From the NCBI GenBank assembly GCA_036271455.1, contig DATBAP010000079.1, positions 4,164-68,163 on the forward strand: a DNA stretch of 64,000 bases, in the 5' to 3' direction. Below are positions 19,337 to 29,777 of this stretch, in pieces; within the stretch, counting starts at the first letter, position 1, and each line of letters begins with the position of its first letter. Both the position numbers and the translations under genes were made by a program. The stretch comes from Rhizomicrobium sp. GTDB taxonomy: Bacteria > Pseudomonadota > Alphaproteobacteria > Micropepsales > Micropepsaceae. The notes beneath the pieces are model-generated. The model was given only the letters and a program-made list of their open reading frames with translations. It searched no databases and had not been told where the DNA came from.

Positions 19337-20580
19337 GGACTGGCCTTCGGCGTCGCCGCGATCCTGACCAGCGAGCCGGCTTTCAAAATCATTTGCCCAT
19401 CAGTGACCACCACATCGCCCGGCTTGACCCCGGATTTGACCACCACGGTATTGCCTTGGGTCCAACCAACAACGACCGGATGCATCGTGACTTTCTTGTC
19501 CGCGCCCACAATGAAGACATAGCTGCCGTTCGGTCCCCGGTTGACCGCCGTGATCGGAATTGTGGTGACGTGCTGCAGCGTTTGAAGCGTCAACTGCACA
19601 TTGACGAACTGGCCCGGCCAGAGATGGCGCTGGTCATTGGGAAAGCGGGCCTTGAGCTCGACCGTGCCGGTGGCGGGATCGATGTGATTGTCGGCGATGG
19701 TCACCTGGCCGCTATCCAGCAGCGCGCCGCTTTCCTGGCTGAAAGCCTTGGTCACCAACGCTTGCTGGAAGCCATGGCTGAGATCCTGGAGCTGCTGGAA
19801 ATTGCCTTCGGGCACGGTGAAGGTTGCCGCGATGGGTTCGATCTGGTTGATAGTAACGATGCCGGAGCCGCTATTGCCGGTGCTGCTGCTGGAATTGGTG
19901 GCGGCCGCGGTCGAAGGCGTGTTGCTGATCGAGCCGCCTGCGCTCACCAGGTTGCCGGGATCGACCAAACGAATGCCCACCCGGCCGTCGGTCGGCGCGA
20001 CGACACGGGTCCAGCCGACATTGACCTGCGCGGCGGCGACCGCGCCTTCATCCGTCTTGACGATGCCTTCATCCTGCTGGACCAGGGCGCGTTGGGTATC
20101 CACGGTCTGGCCGGCGATCGCATTGACCGCCTGCAGGGACTGGTAGCGTTCCAGGTCAAGGCGCGCATTGGCCAGCAATGCCCGATCACGTGTCAGGGTG
20201 CCCTGGGTCTGTGTCAGCACGGCCAGATAGGGCGCGGGATCGATCTGGGCCAGAAGCTGGCCCTTCTTCACATCGGTGCCTTCTTTGAAGTCGACCGACA
20301 GGAGCTTGCCGCTCACTTGCGCCAGCACGGTGACGCTGGTCCAGGCCTGAGCGGCGCCCAAGGCGGTGATGGAAATGGGCAAATCGATGGCTACGGCCTT
20401 GGCCACATTGACGGGAATGGAAGGCGGCGGTGCGGGCTTGGCCGGATGGCGTAGCAACAGAACGCCCGCCACGATCAGGATGGCGAGCGCGCCCAAGCCG
20501 GCCAGGATCCAATTCCTGCGCGTGCGCGCCCGGGCGCTGAATTGCTTGTGCCGCTGGGCTGTAGGCGTCTGATAATTCAT
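19333..20580 (-). CDS. RND periplasmic adaptor (MdtA-like)
   Basis: N-terminal TM; VSGKL..FKEG..VKKGQLLAQID lipoyl motif; GTVELKARFPN..LWPGQFV; overlaps permease start by 4 nt. Confidence 0.9.
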   Translation of the reverse strand: MNYQTPTAQRHKQFSARARTRRNWILAGLGALAILIVAGVLLLRHPAKPAPPPSIPVNVAKAVAIDLPISITALGAAQAWTSVTVLAQVSGKLLSVDFKEGTDVKKGQLLAQIDPAPYLAVLTQTQGTLTRDRALLANARLDLERYQSLQAVNAIAGQTVDTQRALVQQDEGIVKTDEGAVAAAQVNVGWTRVVAPTDGRVGIRLVDPGNLVSAGGSISNTPSTAAATNSSSSTGNSGSGIVTINQIEPIAATFTVPEGNFQQLQDLSHGFQQALVTKAFSQESGALLDSGQVTIADNHIDPATGTVELKARFPNDQRHLWPGQFVNVQLTLQTLQHVTTIPITAVNRGPNGSYVFIVGADKKVTMHPVVVGWTQGNTVVVKSGVKPGDVVVTDGQMILKAGSLVRIAATPKASP

Positions 20581-20760
20581 TCAGGTTCCCGCAGGAGACA
20601 TGGTTCCCCGGGAGAAGAACCAGAAGTCTCCGGCTTGGTTCCGAAAGGTACAAAATGCGACAAAGCAATATGAGAACGCCGATCACATGAACAATCGGCA
20701 ACTTCTCTGGCTGTGACACCATTCGCCGGTGAGCGGTGTCAACGTCGCGTCACCTTGGGT

Positions 20761-21102
20761 CTAATCCAGCCCTGCATGCGGGGTGAGTTCCGGCGCGGTT
20801 TGGAAGTCAGCTTCATCCCGATTCCGCCGCCGCATGCCGCGGGCTTTCGCCCGGGCGCGCAAGCCGGGCACGCCGTCACGGTCATAGGCGTTCAACCAGG
20901 CGGTGAATTCTTCGCGGGAAATATTATAGCGGGCGCAGGCTTCGAATTCGCTGAGAAGACCGCCTTCAACCGCGGCGACGATTTCGGCCTTGCGCCGCGC
21001 AATCCATCGCTTGAGATTCCTGGGCGGCAGATCGGCGGCGGTGAGAACGCCCCCATCAACGCCCAGAACCTGATCCACTTGCCCGATGCTATTGCTACTC
21101 AT
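20761..21102 (-). CDS. DUF1153 / SciP-like CtrA-inhibitor family protein
   Basis: LTAADLPP..KRWIARRKAEIVAAVEGGLLS..EACARYNISREEF..W matches the SciP family. Confidence 0.8.
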   Translation of the reverse strand: MSSNSIGQVDQVLGVDGGVLTAADLPPRNLKRWIARRKAEIVAAVEGGLLSEFEACARYNISREEFTAWLNAYDRDGVPGLRARAKARGMRRRNRDEADFQTAPELTPHAGLD

Positions 21103-21152
21103 AGGCGGTCTCCTGTCCGCCCCCTAGCCGGGTGCAACGCTAGGCGTCCGGT

Positions 21153-21169
21153 GTTAACGGATCGTCAAC
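21153..21169 (-). promoter_or_regulatory. CtrA-like box upstream of sciP-like gene
   Basis: Minus strand GTTGA-CGATCCG-TTAAC, about 50 bp before the start; sciP is a known CtrA target. Confidence 0.65.
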
Positions 21170-21189
21170 ACGAGTTCCCGCGGAACTTT

Positions 21190-23238
21190 TTACAAGCACA
21201 TTTTGAAATTCAACGGCAGTTGCGTTTTCATCGCGGCGAAAACGCTGTCCCAATCGCCGCGCGTTGCTTGGCGAAACAGATGCATGCCCGGATACCAGGG
21301 ACTGTCGTCGCGATCCTGCAACCAGCGCCAATCGGCGGCATCTCTCAACGCGACCCAGGTCGGCCGCGCCAACGCGCCCGCCAGATGCGCCAAGGCGGTG
21401 TCGCAACTGATGACCAGGTCCAGCGCCTCAATGACCGCGGCAGTCTCGGCGAAATCGCCGGACTCATAGTCCGGTCCCGGCGTTTCCACATTCATGCCGG
21501 CCGGCAATGCGCTGAGCTGCTCGCTGCCTGCGCCCTTTTGCAGGCTGATCAGGCGAACGCCGGGAAGCCCGGCAATGCCGGCAAGAGCGGCAAGCGGAAA
21601 AGACCGCTCGGTGCTATGGGCCGAACCCTGCCACGAGACGCCGATCTTGAATCCGTCGCCGCCGATCCTGCGGCGCCATTTTTCCACATCCCGCGCCGCG
21701 GCGCGAAGATAGGGCGTTCGCGCGGGGATATTGTCCAGCCGGGTGCCGAACGCCATCGGCAGGCTCATCAGCGCCACATGATAATCGAACTCGGTAGGCG
21801 GCGATTTGGCCGGGACGATTTCGATCCGTGGGTCGAGACTCTGGAGCAGGCGCATCTGGCCTTCCCGCACGGTAAGGATCACGCGCGCGCCACGATCCGC
21901 GACCAGAGGCACATAGCGGCTGAACTGGATCGTATCGCCGTAACCCTGTTCGGCTTCGACGAACACGATCTTCCCCGCGATATCTTCCGCGCCGGTCCAG
22001 GCGGGCCGGCCCTGGGCATTGAAGGCGTCGCCCACTCTTTTCTTGCGCCATTCGTAAGGGGGCCAGCCCTCGTCGAACCGGCCGGCGAGAAACAGCATCG
22101 TGGCCTTGCCGAACAGGGCATCCGCCGAGTGTGGGCGAAGAGCGATGGCGCGCTCGAAACTCTCCAACGCCTCGTCAGGGCGCTTCAGGTCGGCAAGAAA
22201 ATTCCCGCGATTGATATGCGCCTGGGCAAGAGCGGGCTGGAGGGCGATGGCGCGGTCCACACTGGCCAGCCCCTCTTCCAGCCGGTCCAGCCGCGACAAG
22301 GCGGCGCCGCGATTGCTGAGCGCGGTGGCCAAATCGGGATCAAGCGACAGCGCTTTTTCATGGGCAATGAGCGCTTCGGCGGGCCTGTCCAGAGCCGCCA
22401 GCGCGCTGCCGCGATTGTTGTGGAAGTTGGCGGATTGCCCGTTAAGGGCGAGCGCCTTTTCGCAACTCTCCAGTGCCTCCGGCGCCCGTTGGAGAAGCGT
22501 GAGCGCCGTGCCCCGGCCATCATGCGCTTCCGCCAGGCCGGGATTGCGCGCGATGGCGCGGTCATAGCTCTCCAATGCTTCGGCAGCGCGGCCCAGGCGT
22601 ATCAGCACGCCGGCCCGCAGCATGTGGGATGACGCTTCCTGGAGCGCGAGCGCGATGGCGCGGTCGTGATCCCTGAGCGCCTCGTCCAACCGGTCGAGGT
22701 CGGCGAGCGCCGCGCCCCGATTGTTCAGGGCCTTGATGTAATCGGGCTTAAGGGCGATGGCCTTGTCGAAATCGGCGATCGCCTCCGCCTTGTGCTTCTG
22801 GTCGGACAGGATAGTGCCGCGATTGTTGTAGGCTTGCGCGTAATCGGGCTTGAGCGCGATGGCGCGGCCATAGCTCTCCAGGGCATCATTCATGCGACCC
22901 AGCGCCGCCAGAGTGACGGCGCGATTGTTGTGGACCTCGGCCATGTCGGGCTTGAGCGTTAGCGCCTTGTCGTAACAGCTCAGCGCTTCGTCCAGCCGGT
23001 TCAGCTGCTGGAAAGCGTTGCCAAGATCGCGCTGCGCCAAAGGCTGGCGCGGCTCCAGCGCCAGGGCCTCGCGCATCAATTGGATGGCGCGCTGTGACTG
23101 GCCCTGCTGCAGCGCCAGCACGCCCAGAAGATGCATGGCTTGGAAATTCTTCGGCTCATGCCGCAGAAGCTCTCCATAAGCATGCTCCGCTTCCGCGAAG
23201 CGGCCTTGGGTATGCAGTTGAAAAGCTTCCTTCAGCAT
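21190..23238 (-). CDS. TPR-repeat protein with C-terminal GT9-like glycosyltransferase domain
   Basis: About 10 TPRs (NNRG..L...EAL..YD/KAIALKP); EQGYGDTIQFSRY, LMSLP, LDLVISCDTALAHLAGAL, DSPWYP. Confidence 0.85.
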   Translation of the reverse strand: MLKEAFQLHTQGRFAEAEHAYGELLRHEPKNFQAMHLLGVLALQQGQSQRAIQLMREALALEPRQPLAQRDLGNAFQQLNRLDEALSCYDKALTLKPDMAEVHNNRAVTLAALGRMNDALESYGRAIALKPDYAQAYNNRGTILSDQKHKAEAIADFDKAIALKPDYIKALNNRGAALADLDRLDEALRDHDRAIALALQEASSHMLRAGVLIRLGRAAEALESYDRAIARNPGLAEAHDGRGTALTLLQRAPEALESCEKALALNGQSANFHNNRGSALAALDRPAEALIAHEKALSLDPDLATALSNRGAALSRLDRLEEGLASVDRAIALQPALAQAHINRGNFLADLKRPDEALESFERAIALRPHSADALFGKATMLFLAGRFDEGWPPYEWRKKRVGDAFNAQGRPAWTGAEDIAGKIVFVEAEQGYGDTIQFSRYVPLVADRGARVILTVREGQMRLLQSLDPRIEIVPAKSPPTEFDYHVALMSLPMAFGTRLDNIPARTPYLRAAARDVEKWRRRIGGDGFKIGVSWQGSAHSTERSFPLAALAGIAGLPGVRLISLQKGAGSEQLSALPAGMNVETPGPDYESGDFAETAAVIEALDLVISCDTALAHLAGALARPTWVALRDAADWRWLQDRDDSPWYPGMHLFRQATRGDWDSVFAAMKTQLPLNFKMCL

Positions 23239-23299
23239 GGATCGCGTGGTTTCTCCCGTGGAGGAGATAACACGGTCCGGCGGATTTTCGAAAACCGCT

Positions 23300-25270
23300 T
23301 CAGGCGGCGGTAGAGACCGCGCTTGCCGGTATCAGGGGCAGCTCGCAAATCACCGCCGTGCCCGAACCTTCGCGGCTTTCGATCTTGAGCGTCCCGCCAT
23401 GTTGCAGCACCAGCGAACGGACCAGGGAAAGCCCCAGGCCGGTGCCCTCGCGGGCATGGGCGGGATCGTTGATCGCCTGCTCGAACGGCCGGCCGATGCG
23501 CGACAACAGGCTCTCCGACATGCCGATGCCGTGGTCCCTTACCACCAGCACCAGTCTTTGCGACGCGATCCGCGCGCTGACTTCGACTTCACCGCCGGAA
23601 CGGGAGAATTTCACCGCGTTGGAAAGAAGATTGAGCAGGATCTGGCGGAAGCCGCGCTGATCCGCCGAAAAGGTCAGTCCCTGCGCCGGCAGCAGGGCCA
23701 CCAGCTTGACGCCGCGCTCGTCGGCGCGGGTTTTGACCAGCCGGATGCAATAATCGACGCTTTCGCCCAGATCGATGGGCTGGCAATTGAGCACGAATTT
23801 GCCCGCCTCGATCTTGGCGATGTCCAGGATGTCGGAAACCAGATTGAGCAGGTGATTGCCCGATTCATGGATGATCTTGGCATAGTCGTGATATTGAGGC
23901 TGCAACGGCCCGAACATCTGGTTCTGCAACAGGTCGGAAAAGCCGATGATCGCATTCAGCGGCGTGCGCAGCTCGTGGCTCATATTGGCCAGGAATTGCG
24001 ACTTGACCCGGCTGGAAGCTTCGGCGGTTTCCTTGGCGACCTGGTTATCGCTCAATGCGTCCTCCAGCCGCCTCATCTCGATCACGCCATCGCGGAACAG
24101 GCGGAGCGCGCGCGCGAACTGGCCGATCTCGTCGCGGCGGTCCTGGAACGGGATGGTATGGTCAAGCTTGCTGTTGGCCACCGCCTGCATGGCGTCGGTG
24201 ATGGCGCGCAGCGGCTTGATCACGCGTAAGATCACATAGAAGAGCGTGAAAGAGGCGAGGCTGATGGACAACACCATCAACACCAAAGCGATATCGAGTT
24301 CACGATTGGCTTGATCCAGCGCGTGGGCGACATTGGCGCGGGTGATCGCGAAGGCGGTGGTGGAGATGGCGGAGATCGTGTCCACTTCCTGATCGGACAT
24401 GGTCAGCCATTGCCGCGCGGTGAGCGGAGGCGGCTCGCCCGCGGACAGCGCGTTCAATATGGCGCGCCGGGCGACATGAATCTGGCCCAGATAAAGGTTG
24501 TTGAAATTGACCACCGCAGACTTCAACGCCGCCGGGAAGGTGGGAAGGCTGACCCCGTCATTCTGGATCACGGCCCAGGGTGAATCGATATTGCCTTCCT
24601 GTTCGGCGAAATCCTGCAATTCCTGGCTGGTGATCTTCTTCTTCAGGATCATGGCGTCGGCGAGCTGGCGCCGGTCCTTGCCCGCGGTGTCGCGCATCGC
24701 CCAGACGATGCGGATGATCTTGGTCATCTCGTTATTGGCCGCCGTGGAATCGGCGATGAACATCGAGCGTTCACGGGTGCGCAGATTGATCGCCGCCGCC
24801 GCACCGTTCACGGCGGCTGTCCAATCCGGGCCCATGCTCTTGGGCCGCGCCTCACCCGGCAAATTCAAGATCCGCATCACCTCGGCGTAACGCTGTTCAT
24901 ACTGCACCAGCGTTTGCCGGATGTGTGCGCCATTGGGGGTGGGACCGCCCGTTTCGACGAGGGCGCTGTCGCGGGTGGCGAGAATGGCAACAGTGGCGGC
25001 GTGGTGCAGCCGCTCCAGCAGATCCTTCACCCTGGGACCGACGGGCGCTTCTATCGTCAGCGCCGTGTTCACCGCCCCTTGTTCGGAGCGAAGCGCATCC
25101 TCGGCGATATAGACATTCCGCAGCACATCGACAGTCTTGAGCAACCGGGCGGCGTCTTCGCGTCTGGCATAGGCCTGCCCGGCGCTGTAGGTGAAGACAG
25201 AGACCAGCAGCACGACCAGCAACAGCGTGATCGCCGACAGCAACACGCCGATCGACTGAAATTTTTTCAT
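23300..25270 (-). CDS. Membrane sensor histidine kinase (HAMP-HisKA-HATPase), PleC/DivJ-like H-box
   Basis: Two TMs, HAMP (RRDEIGQFA), KSQFLANMSHELRTPLNAIIGFS, NLLSNAVKF, DHGIGM, GTGLGL. Confidence 0.88.
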   Translation of the reverse strand: MKKFQSIGVLLSAITLLLVVLLVSVFTYSAGQAYARREDAARLLKTVDVLRNVYIAEDALRSEQGAVNTALTIEAPVGPRVKDLLERLHHAATVAILATRDSALVETGGPTPNGAHIRQTLVQYEQRYAEVMRILNLPGEARPKSMGPDWTAAVNGAAAAINLRTRERSMFIADSTAANNEMTKIIRIVWAMRDTAGKDRRQLADAMILKKKITSQELQDFAEQEGNIDSPWAVIQNDGVSLPTFPAALKSAVVNFNNLYLGQIHVARRAILNALSAGEPPPLTARQWLTMSDQEVDTISAISTTAFAITRANVAHALDQANRELDIALVLMVLSISLASFTLFYVILRVIKPLRAITDAMQAVANSKLDHTIPFQDRRDEIGQFARALRLFRDGVIEMRRLEDALSDNQVAKETAEASSRVKSQFLANMSHELRTPLNAIIGFSDLLQNQMFGPLQPQYHDYAKIIHESGNHLLNLVSDILDIAKIEAGKFVLNCQPIDLGESVDYCIRLVKTRADERGVKLVALLPAQGLTFSADQRGFRQILLNLLSNAVKFSRSGGEVEVSARIASQRLVLVVRDHGIGMSESLLSRIGRPFEQAINDPAHAREGTGLGLSLVRSLVLQHGGTLKIESREGSGTAVICELPLIPASAVSTAA

Positions 25271-25397
25271 TCGCCGAAACGCTCCCCCGGCATGGAGCCT
25301 ATGGCGAAAGAGTGATGATTGATTTAATGCCGGCCTACGCTGCGTAAGCTTGGCGAGTGGGCGGCTATTAACCCTGCTTTTTCTGGGTCTTGAGAGG

Positions 25398-25907
25398 TCA
25401 GGAGGCGGTTTTTCCCGCCCGCGTTAACCGGCCACTCCCGCTGTCATGGGCGCGCCATTCGTTGAGCACCAATCCCAAGGTAAGAAGATCGAACAAGGCC
25501 GCGCCTAACAGCCAGTCCGACCAATGCAGCGAGAGACGCCAGCTCATATAGGCGATGAAGCCGGTCAGTATTAGCGACGCCACGGGAAAGACCCAACGCG
25601 CCGTGCCTCTGAGCAGCGCCATAGCGATGCCCAACTTGAGCAGGCCATGCACCAGAAGATAGAAAATCACGAAATGATGCGGCCCGTTGGCCAGCCTCGC
25701 CGCGCCGCTGCGGATCGCGTGCAGCGCGAGATGATGATGGCCGCCGCCGAGTTCGGGCGCGGTGAACCTGAACACCCATTCGTAGATTCGTTCAGGCCCC
25801 GTCAAAGCGATGACAAGCCCGGCCAAGGTTTCGACCGCGCCGTCGAATCCCTTGATCAGGATCGCGCCCAGATAGGCGTCGTGCAAAATCTGTGGTCGCT
25901 TGGCCAA
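25398..25907 (-). CDS. DUF2127-like membrane protein
   Basis: IKGFDGAVE, YLLVHGLLK, four hydrophobic segments, EWR end. Confidence 0.65.
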   Translation of the reverse strand: MAKRPQILHDAYLGAILIKGFDGAVETLAGLVIALTGPERIYEWVFRFTAPELGGGHHHLALHAIRSGAARLANGPHHFVIFYLLVHGLLKLGIAMALLRGTARWVFPVASLILTGFIAYMSWRLSLHWSDWLLGAALFDLLTLGLVLNEWRAHDSGSGRLTRAGKTAS

Positions 25908-26078
25908 GGCGTTCCTCTCTCGACACTGTTATAGAGGCCACGCCACCTATTACAAAAGTATGTCTGGTTTCAGCGTCTCAACGGGCCGAATCCGCTGCGT
26001 CACCGAGGCCGGCCTTGCCTCTCGCCAGGGCAACTTTGGCTCGCTAGGGTCCGGCATTGTCCATGCCGGGAAGAAAAT

Positions 26079-27134
26079 ATGCGTCCTGCTTTTTTTCATC
26101 ACGCCTTTCTTGGAGCATTTGCCGCCCTGTTGCTGGCTGCGCCTGCGTTCGGACAGTCGCTGGACCGGCCCGATGCCGATCCCAACGCCTATCCCGATCC
26201 CTATGCCCAGGCGGACAATTTTCTCAAGCTTCCGCCAGGCCGCGTGATGGGCTCAAGTTCAGCGGTGGCGCTGGACCGCGAAGGCCATATCTGGGTCGCC
26301 GACCGCTGCGGCGCCAATGACTGCAAGGGATCGAAACTCGATCCCATCATGGAATTTGATGCGAACGGCAATTTCATCAAGGCCTTCGGCGCCGGCAAAT
26401 TCCTATTCCCGCACGGCATCTTCATCGACAAAGACGATCACATCTGGCTCACCGACGGCCATGTCGGCGACGGCATCGGTGACGACATTCTCGAGTTAGA
26501 CCAGAGCGGCAAGGTGCTGCGCACCCTGGGAACGCCGGGGGCGGCGGGTGACGGCGAATATACCTTCAACGAGCCCAACGCGATCCTGGTGGCGCCAAGC
26601 GGCGATATCTTCGTGACGGACGGTCACACGCCGGACGAAGGCAATGCCCGCATCGTGCATTACGACCGGAACGGCAAATTCGTGATGGAATGGGGCGGCC
26701 ATGGCATCGGGCTGGGGCGGGTGGAAGTGCCCCATGCTCTGGCGATAGACAAGGAAGGCCGGCTCTATGTGGCCGACCGTTACAATAATCGCATCCAGAT
26801 CTTCAGCCAGAACGGTCAGCTTTTGGACATCTGGAGCCAGTTCGGCCGGCCCAGTGGTATCTATATCGACGACAACGACATCCTTTATTGCACCGATTCC
26901 GAATCCCGCAATCCGGTGGAATATGGCTTCCATCCGGGCTGGGCGCGCGGCATCCGCATCGGCAGCGTCAAGGATGGTATCGTGCGCGCCTTGATCCCCG
27001 ATATCGATCCCGAGGCCGACCGCCATGTCACCAGCGGCGGCGAGGGCATCTGGGCCCGCAATGGCGTGGTTTACAGCGCTCAGGTGCGTCAGCAGCGGAT
27101 CGTGAAATACGCGCCAAAAGCGCCCCTGTTTTAG
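26079..27134 (+). CDS. Secreted NHL-repeat protein (PAL-like beta-propeller)
   Basis: FPHGIFIDKDDHIWLTD, FNEPNAI, PHALAIDKEGRLYVADRYNNRIQIF. Confidence 0.8.
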   Translation: MRPAFFHHAFLGAFAALLLAAPAFGQSLDRPDADPNAYPDPYAQADNFLKLPPGRVMGSSSAVALDREGHIWVADRCGANDCKGSKLDPIMEFDANGNFIKAFGAGKFLFPHGIFIDKDDHIWLTDGHVGDGIGDDILELDQSGKVLRTLGTPGAAGDGEYTFNEPNAILVAPSGDIFVTDGHTPDEGNARIVHYDRNGKFVMEWGGHGIGLGRVEVPHALAIDKEGRLYVADRYNNRIQIFSQNGQLLDIWSQFGRPSGIYIDDNDILYCTDSESRNPVEYGFHPGWARGIRIGSVKDGIVRALIPDIDPEADRHVTSGGEGIWARNGVVYSAQVRQQRIVKYAPKAPLF

Positions 27135-27155
27135 GCGAAAACCCGTTTTTTGCCG

Positions 27156-27181
27156 GGAACGCAGGGGCTTGCCGCGACGTT
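27156..27181 (+). promoter_or_regulatory. EcfG (sigmaT)-type general stress promoter
   Basis: GGAAC-N17-CGTT upstream of gnd. Confidence 0.7.
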
Positions 27182-27267
27182 CTTTTGAACGCGTGGCCGT
27201 GCATAATACCGCAATATTGCGAAGTGATTTTAAGGCCCGCGCCGCTGAGCGGGCTTAAGGAGTTTTC

Positions 27268-28263
27268 ATGCAGATCGGGATTGTCGGGCTTGGCAGGATG
27301 GGCGCCAATATTGGCCGCCGCCTGATGAAAAAAAATCACAAAGTCGTGGCCTTCGACCGCGACCCCAAGGCGGTCAAGGCGCTGGAAGGTGCCACTGGCG
27401 TCGCCTCGCTCAAGGAGATGGTGGAAAAACTTGAGGCCCCTCGCGCGATCTGGGTGATGTTGCCGGCCGGCAAGATCACCGATGACACGGTCATGGTGCT
27501 GGGCGATCTGCTTCAGTCCGGCGATGTGGTGATCGACGGCGGCAACACGTTCTACAAAGACGATATCCGCCGCGCTAAAGTACTCAGAAAGAAGAACGTC
27601 TTTTATGTGGATTGCGGCACCTCAGGCGGCGTCTGGGGCTTGGACCGCGGCTATTGCATGATGATCGGCGGCGACAAGGATGTCGTGCAACGGCTCGATC
27701 CCATCTTCGCGGCATTGGCGCCAGGCGAAGGCAGCATTGACAAGACGCCAGGACGCGAAGCTCGCGACCCGCGTGTCATTCAGGGCTACATGCATGCGGG
27801 TCCGGTGGGGGCCGGGCATTTTGTCAAAATGGTCCATAACGGCATCGAGTATGGCCTGATGCAGGCTTACGCCGAAGGTTTCGACATTCTGCGCGGCCGT
27901 GCCGGCAAGGAACTGCCAGAGGACGAACGCTTCACCATCGATACCGCCGATGTTGCGGAAGTGTGGCGGCGGGGCAGTGTGGTCGCGTCCTGGCTGCTCG
28001 ATCTCACCGCCATCGCGTTGGCCAAATCACCGGAGCTGAAGGAGTTCGCGGGCGACGTGGCCGACAGCGGCGAGGGCCGCTGGACTATCGAGGCGGCGAT
28101 TGACGAAGCCGTCGCCGCGCCCGTGATCACCGCGGCGCTCTATACCCGCTTCCGTTCGCGCATTGAACACAGCTTCGGGGAAAAGCTGCTGTCGGCGATG
28201 CGCAACGAATTCGGCGGCCATATCGAAAGCGTCACACCCAAAGCCAAAGATGAAGACAAATGA
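27268..28263 (+). CDS. gnd: 6-phosphogluconate dehydrogenase (decarboxylating, short type)
   Basis: [46 protein letters not shown]. Confidence 0.93.
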   Translation: MQIGIVGLGRMGANIGRRLMKKNHKVVAFDRDPKAVKALEGATGVASLKEMVEKLEAPRAIWVMLPAGKITDDTVMVLGDLLQSGDVVIDGGNTFYKDDIRRAKVLRKKNVFYVDCGTSGGVWGLDRGYCMMIGGDKDVVQRLDPIFAALAPGEGSIDKTPGREARDPRVIQGYMHAGPVGAGHFVKMVHNGIEYGLMQAYAEGFDILRGRAGKELPEDERFTIDTADVAEVWRRGSVVASWLLDLTAIALAKSPELKEFAGDVADSGEGRWTIEAAIDEAVAAPVITAALYTRFRSRIEHSFGEKLLSAMRNEFGGHIESVTPKAKDEDK

Positions 28264-29777
28264 GCGCGACCCACAAATCACCACCCCCCAATTGCGCCAT
28301 CGTGATCTTCGGCGCCAATGGCGATCTCACCAAAAGGCTGATTATTCCCGCGCTCTACAATCTGGGCCGGGCGGGACGGCTGCCGGAACGTCTGGCGCTG
28401 ATCGGCGTGGACCATAATGACAAGACGTCCGAGCAATGGCGCCAGAATCTGCATGATTTCCTGGACCAATCGCTCAAGAAAGGCGGCGAAGGGTCGACCG
28501 GCAGCGTCGAGGACAAGCTGTGGAATCCCATCGCCGAGGACATGATCTTCCTCAAAGGGGATTTCGAGAAGGACGACACCTACAAGCAGCTGGGGCAATG
28601 TCTGGCCGGAATCGACAAGAAAAAGAATCTGGGCGGCAATGTCCTGTTCTACATGGCGGTGGCGGACCGCTTTTTCAGCGTCATCGCCGGCAAGCTGGGC
28701 GAAGCAGGTCTGGTCAAGCAGGACGAGGGCCATTTCCGCCGCCTGATCGTCGAGAAGCCTTTCGGCCACGATTTGGCATCCGCCAAGGCGCTCAATACCT
28801 GCCTGCTCAAATATCTCAAGGAAGACCAGATTTACCGCATCGACCATTTCCTGGGGAAGGAAACGGTGCAGAACATCATGGCGCTGCGTTTCGCCAACGG
28901 CTTGTTCGAACCGATCTGGAATCGCGACCGCATTGACCATGTCCAGATCACGGTGGCGGAATCGATCGGCATGGAAGGCCGCGGCAATTTCTACGAAAAG
29001 ACCGGCGCTTTGCGCGACATGGTGCCCAATCATCTCTTCCAGCTGGTGGCGATGATGGCGATGGAGCCGCCAGTCTCGTTCGATGCCGAGGACATCCGCG
29101 CCAAGAAGGCGGAAATGTTCCGCGCCGTGCATCCCCTCACTTTGGCCGACGCCGTGCGCGGTCAATATGATGCCGGCGTGGTGGGCGGACAGAATGTCGT
29201 GGCCTACCGCCAGGAACCCAATGTGGCGCCCGATTCCAATGTCGAGACCTATGTGGCGCTGAGGCTGATGATCGACAATTGGCGCTGGGCGGGCGTGCCC
29301 TTTTATCTGCGCACGGGAAAAAGGCTGGCGGCGCGCTCCACCGAAATCGCCATCCGCTTCAAGCGCGCGCCCTATGCGCTGTTTCGTGACACGCCGATGG
29401 ACGAGTTGGACGCCGATTGGCTGATTCTGCGCATCCAGCCGGACGAGAGCATCCGCTTACGCTTTAACGCCAAGCGGCCGGGTCCGTCCATGACACTGGA
29501 AAGCGTGGCGATGGATTTCAAATACAAGGACTGGTTCAAGCAGGCGCCCGCCGTGGGCTATGAGACCCTGATCTATGATTGTCTGATCGGAGATCCCACT
29601 TTGTTTCAGCGCGCCGATCAGGTGGAAGCGGCTTGGGGCGTGGTCGAAACGGTGCTGCGCGGCTGGGGCGATGCGACGCCCCGCCATTTCCCCAATTACA
29701 GCGCGGGAAGCGAGGGGCCGTCCGCCGCCAATGATCTTCTGGCGCGCGATGGCCGCTCCTGGCGGGCGGTGAAATGA
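28260..29777 (+). CDS. zwf: Glucose-6-phosphate 1-dehydrogenase
   Basis: [35 protein letters not shown]. Confidence 0.95.
   Translation: MSATHKSPPPNCAIVIFGANGDLTKRLIIPALYNLGRAGRLPERLALIGVDHNDKTSEQWRQNLHDFLDQSLKKGGEGSTGSVEDKLWNPIAEDMIFLKGDFEKDDTYKQLGQCLAGIDKKKNLGGNVLFYMAVADRFFSVIAGKLGEAGLVKQDEGHFRRLIVEKPFGHDLASAKALNTCLLKYLKEDQIYRIDHFLGKETVQNIMALRFANGLFEPIWNRDRIDHVQITVAESIGMEGRGNFYEKTGALRDMVPNHLFQLVAMMAMEPPVSFDAEDIRAKKAEMFRAVHPLTLADAVRGQYDAGVVGGQNVVAYRQEPNVAPDSNVETYVALRLMIDNWRWAGVPFYLRTGKRLAARSTEIAIRFKRAPYALFRDTPMDELDADWLILRIQPDESIRLRFNAKRPGPSMTLESVAMDFKYKDWFKQAPAVGYETLIYDCLIGDPTLFQRADQVEAAWGVVETVLRGWGDATPRHFPNYSAGSEGPSAANDLLARDGRSWRAVK

Noticed and set aside
22050-23200. Recurrent 102-bp-period similarity
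   Set aside because: Explained by the TPR repeats of the glycosyltransferase.
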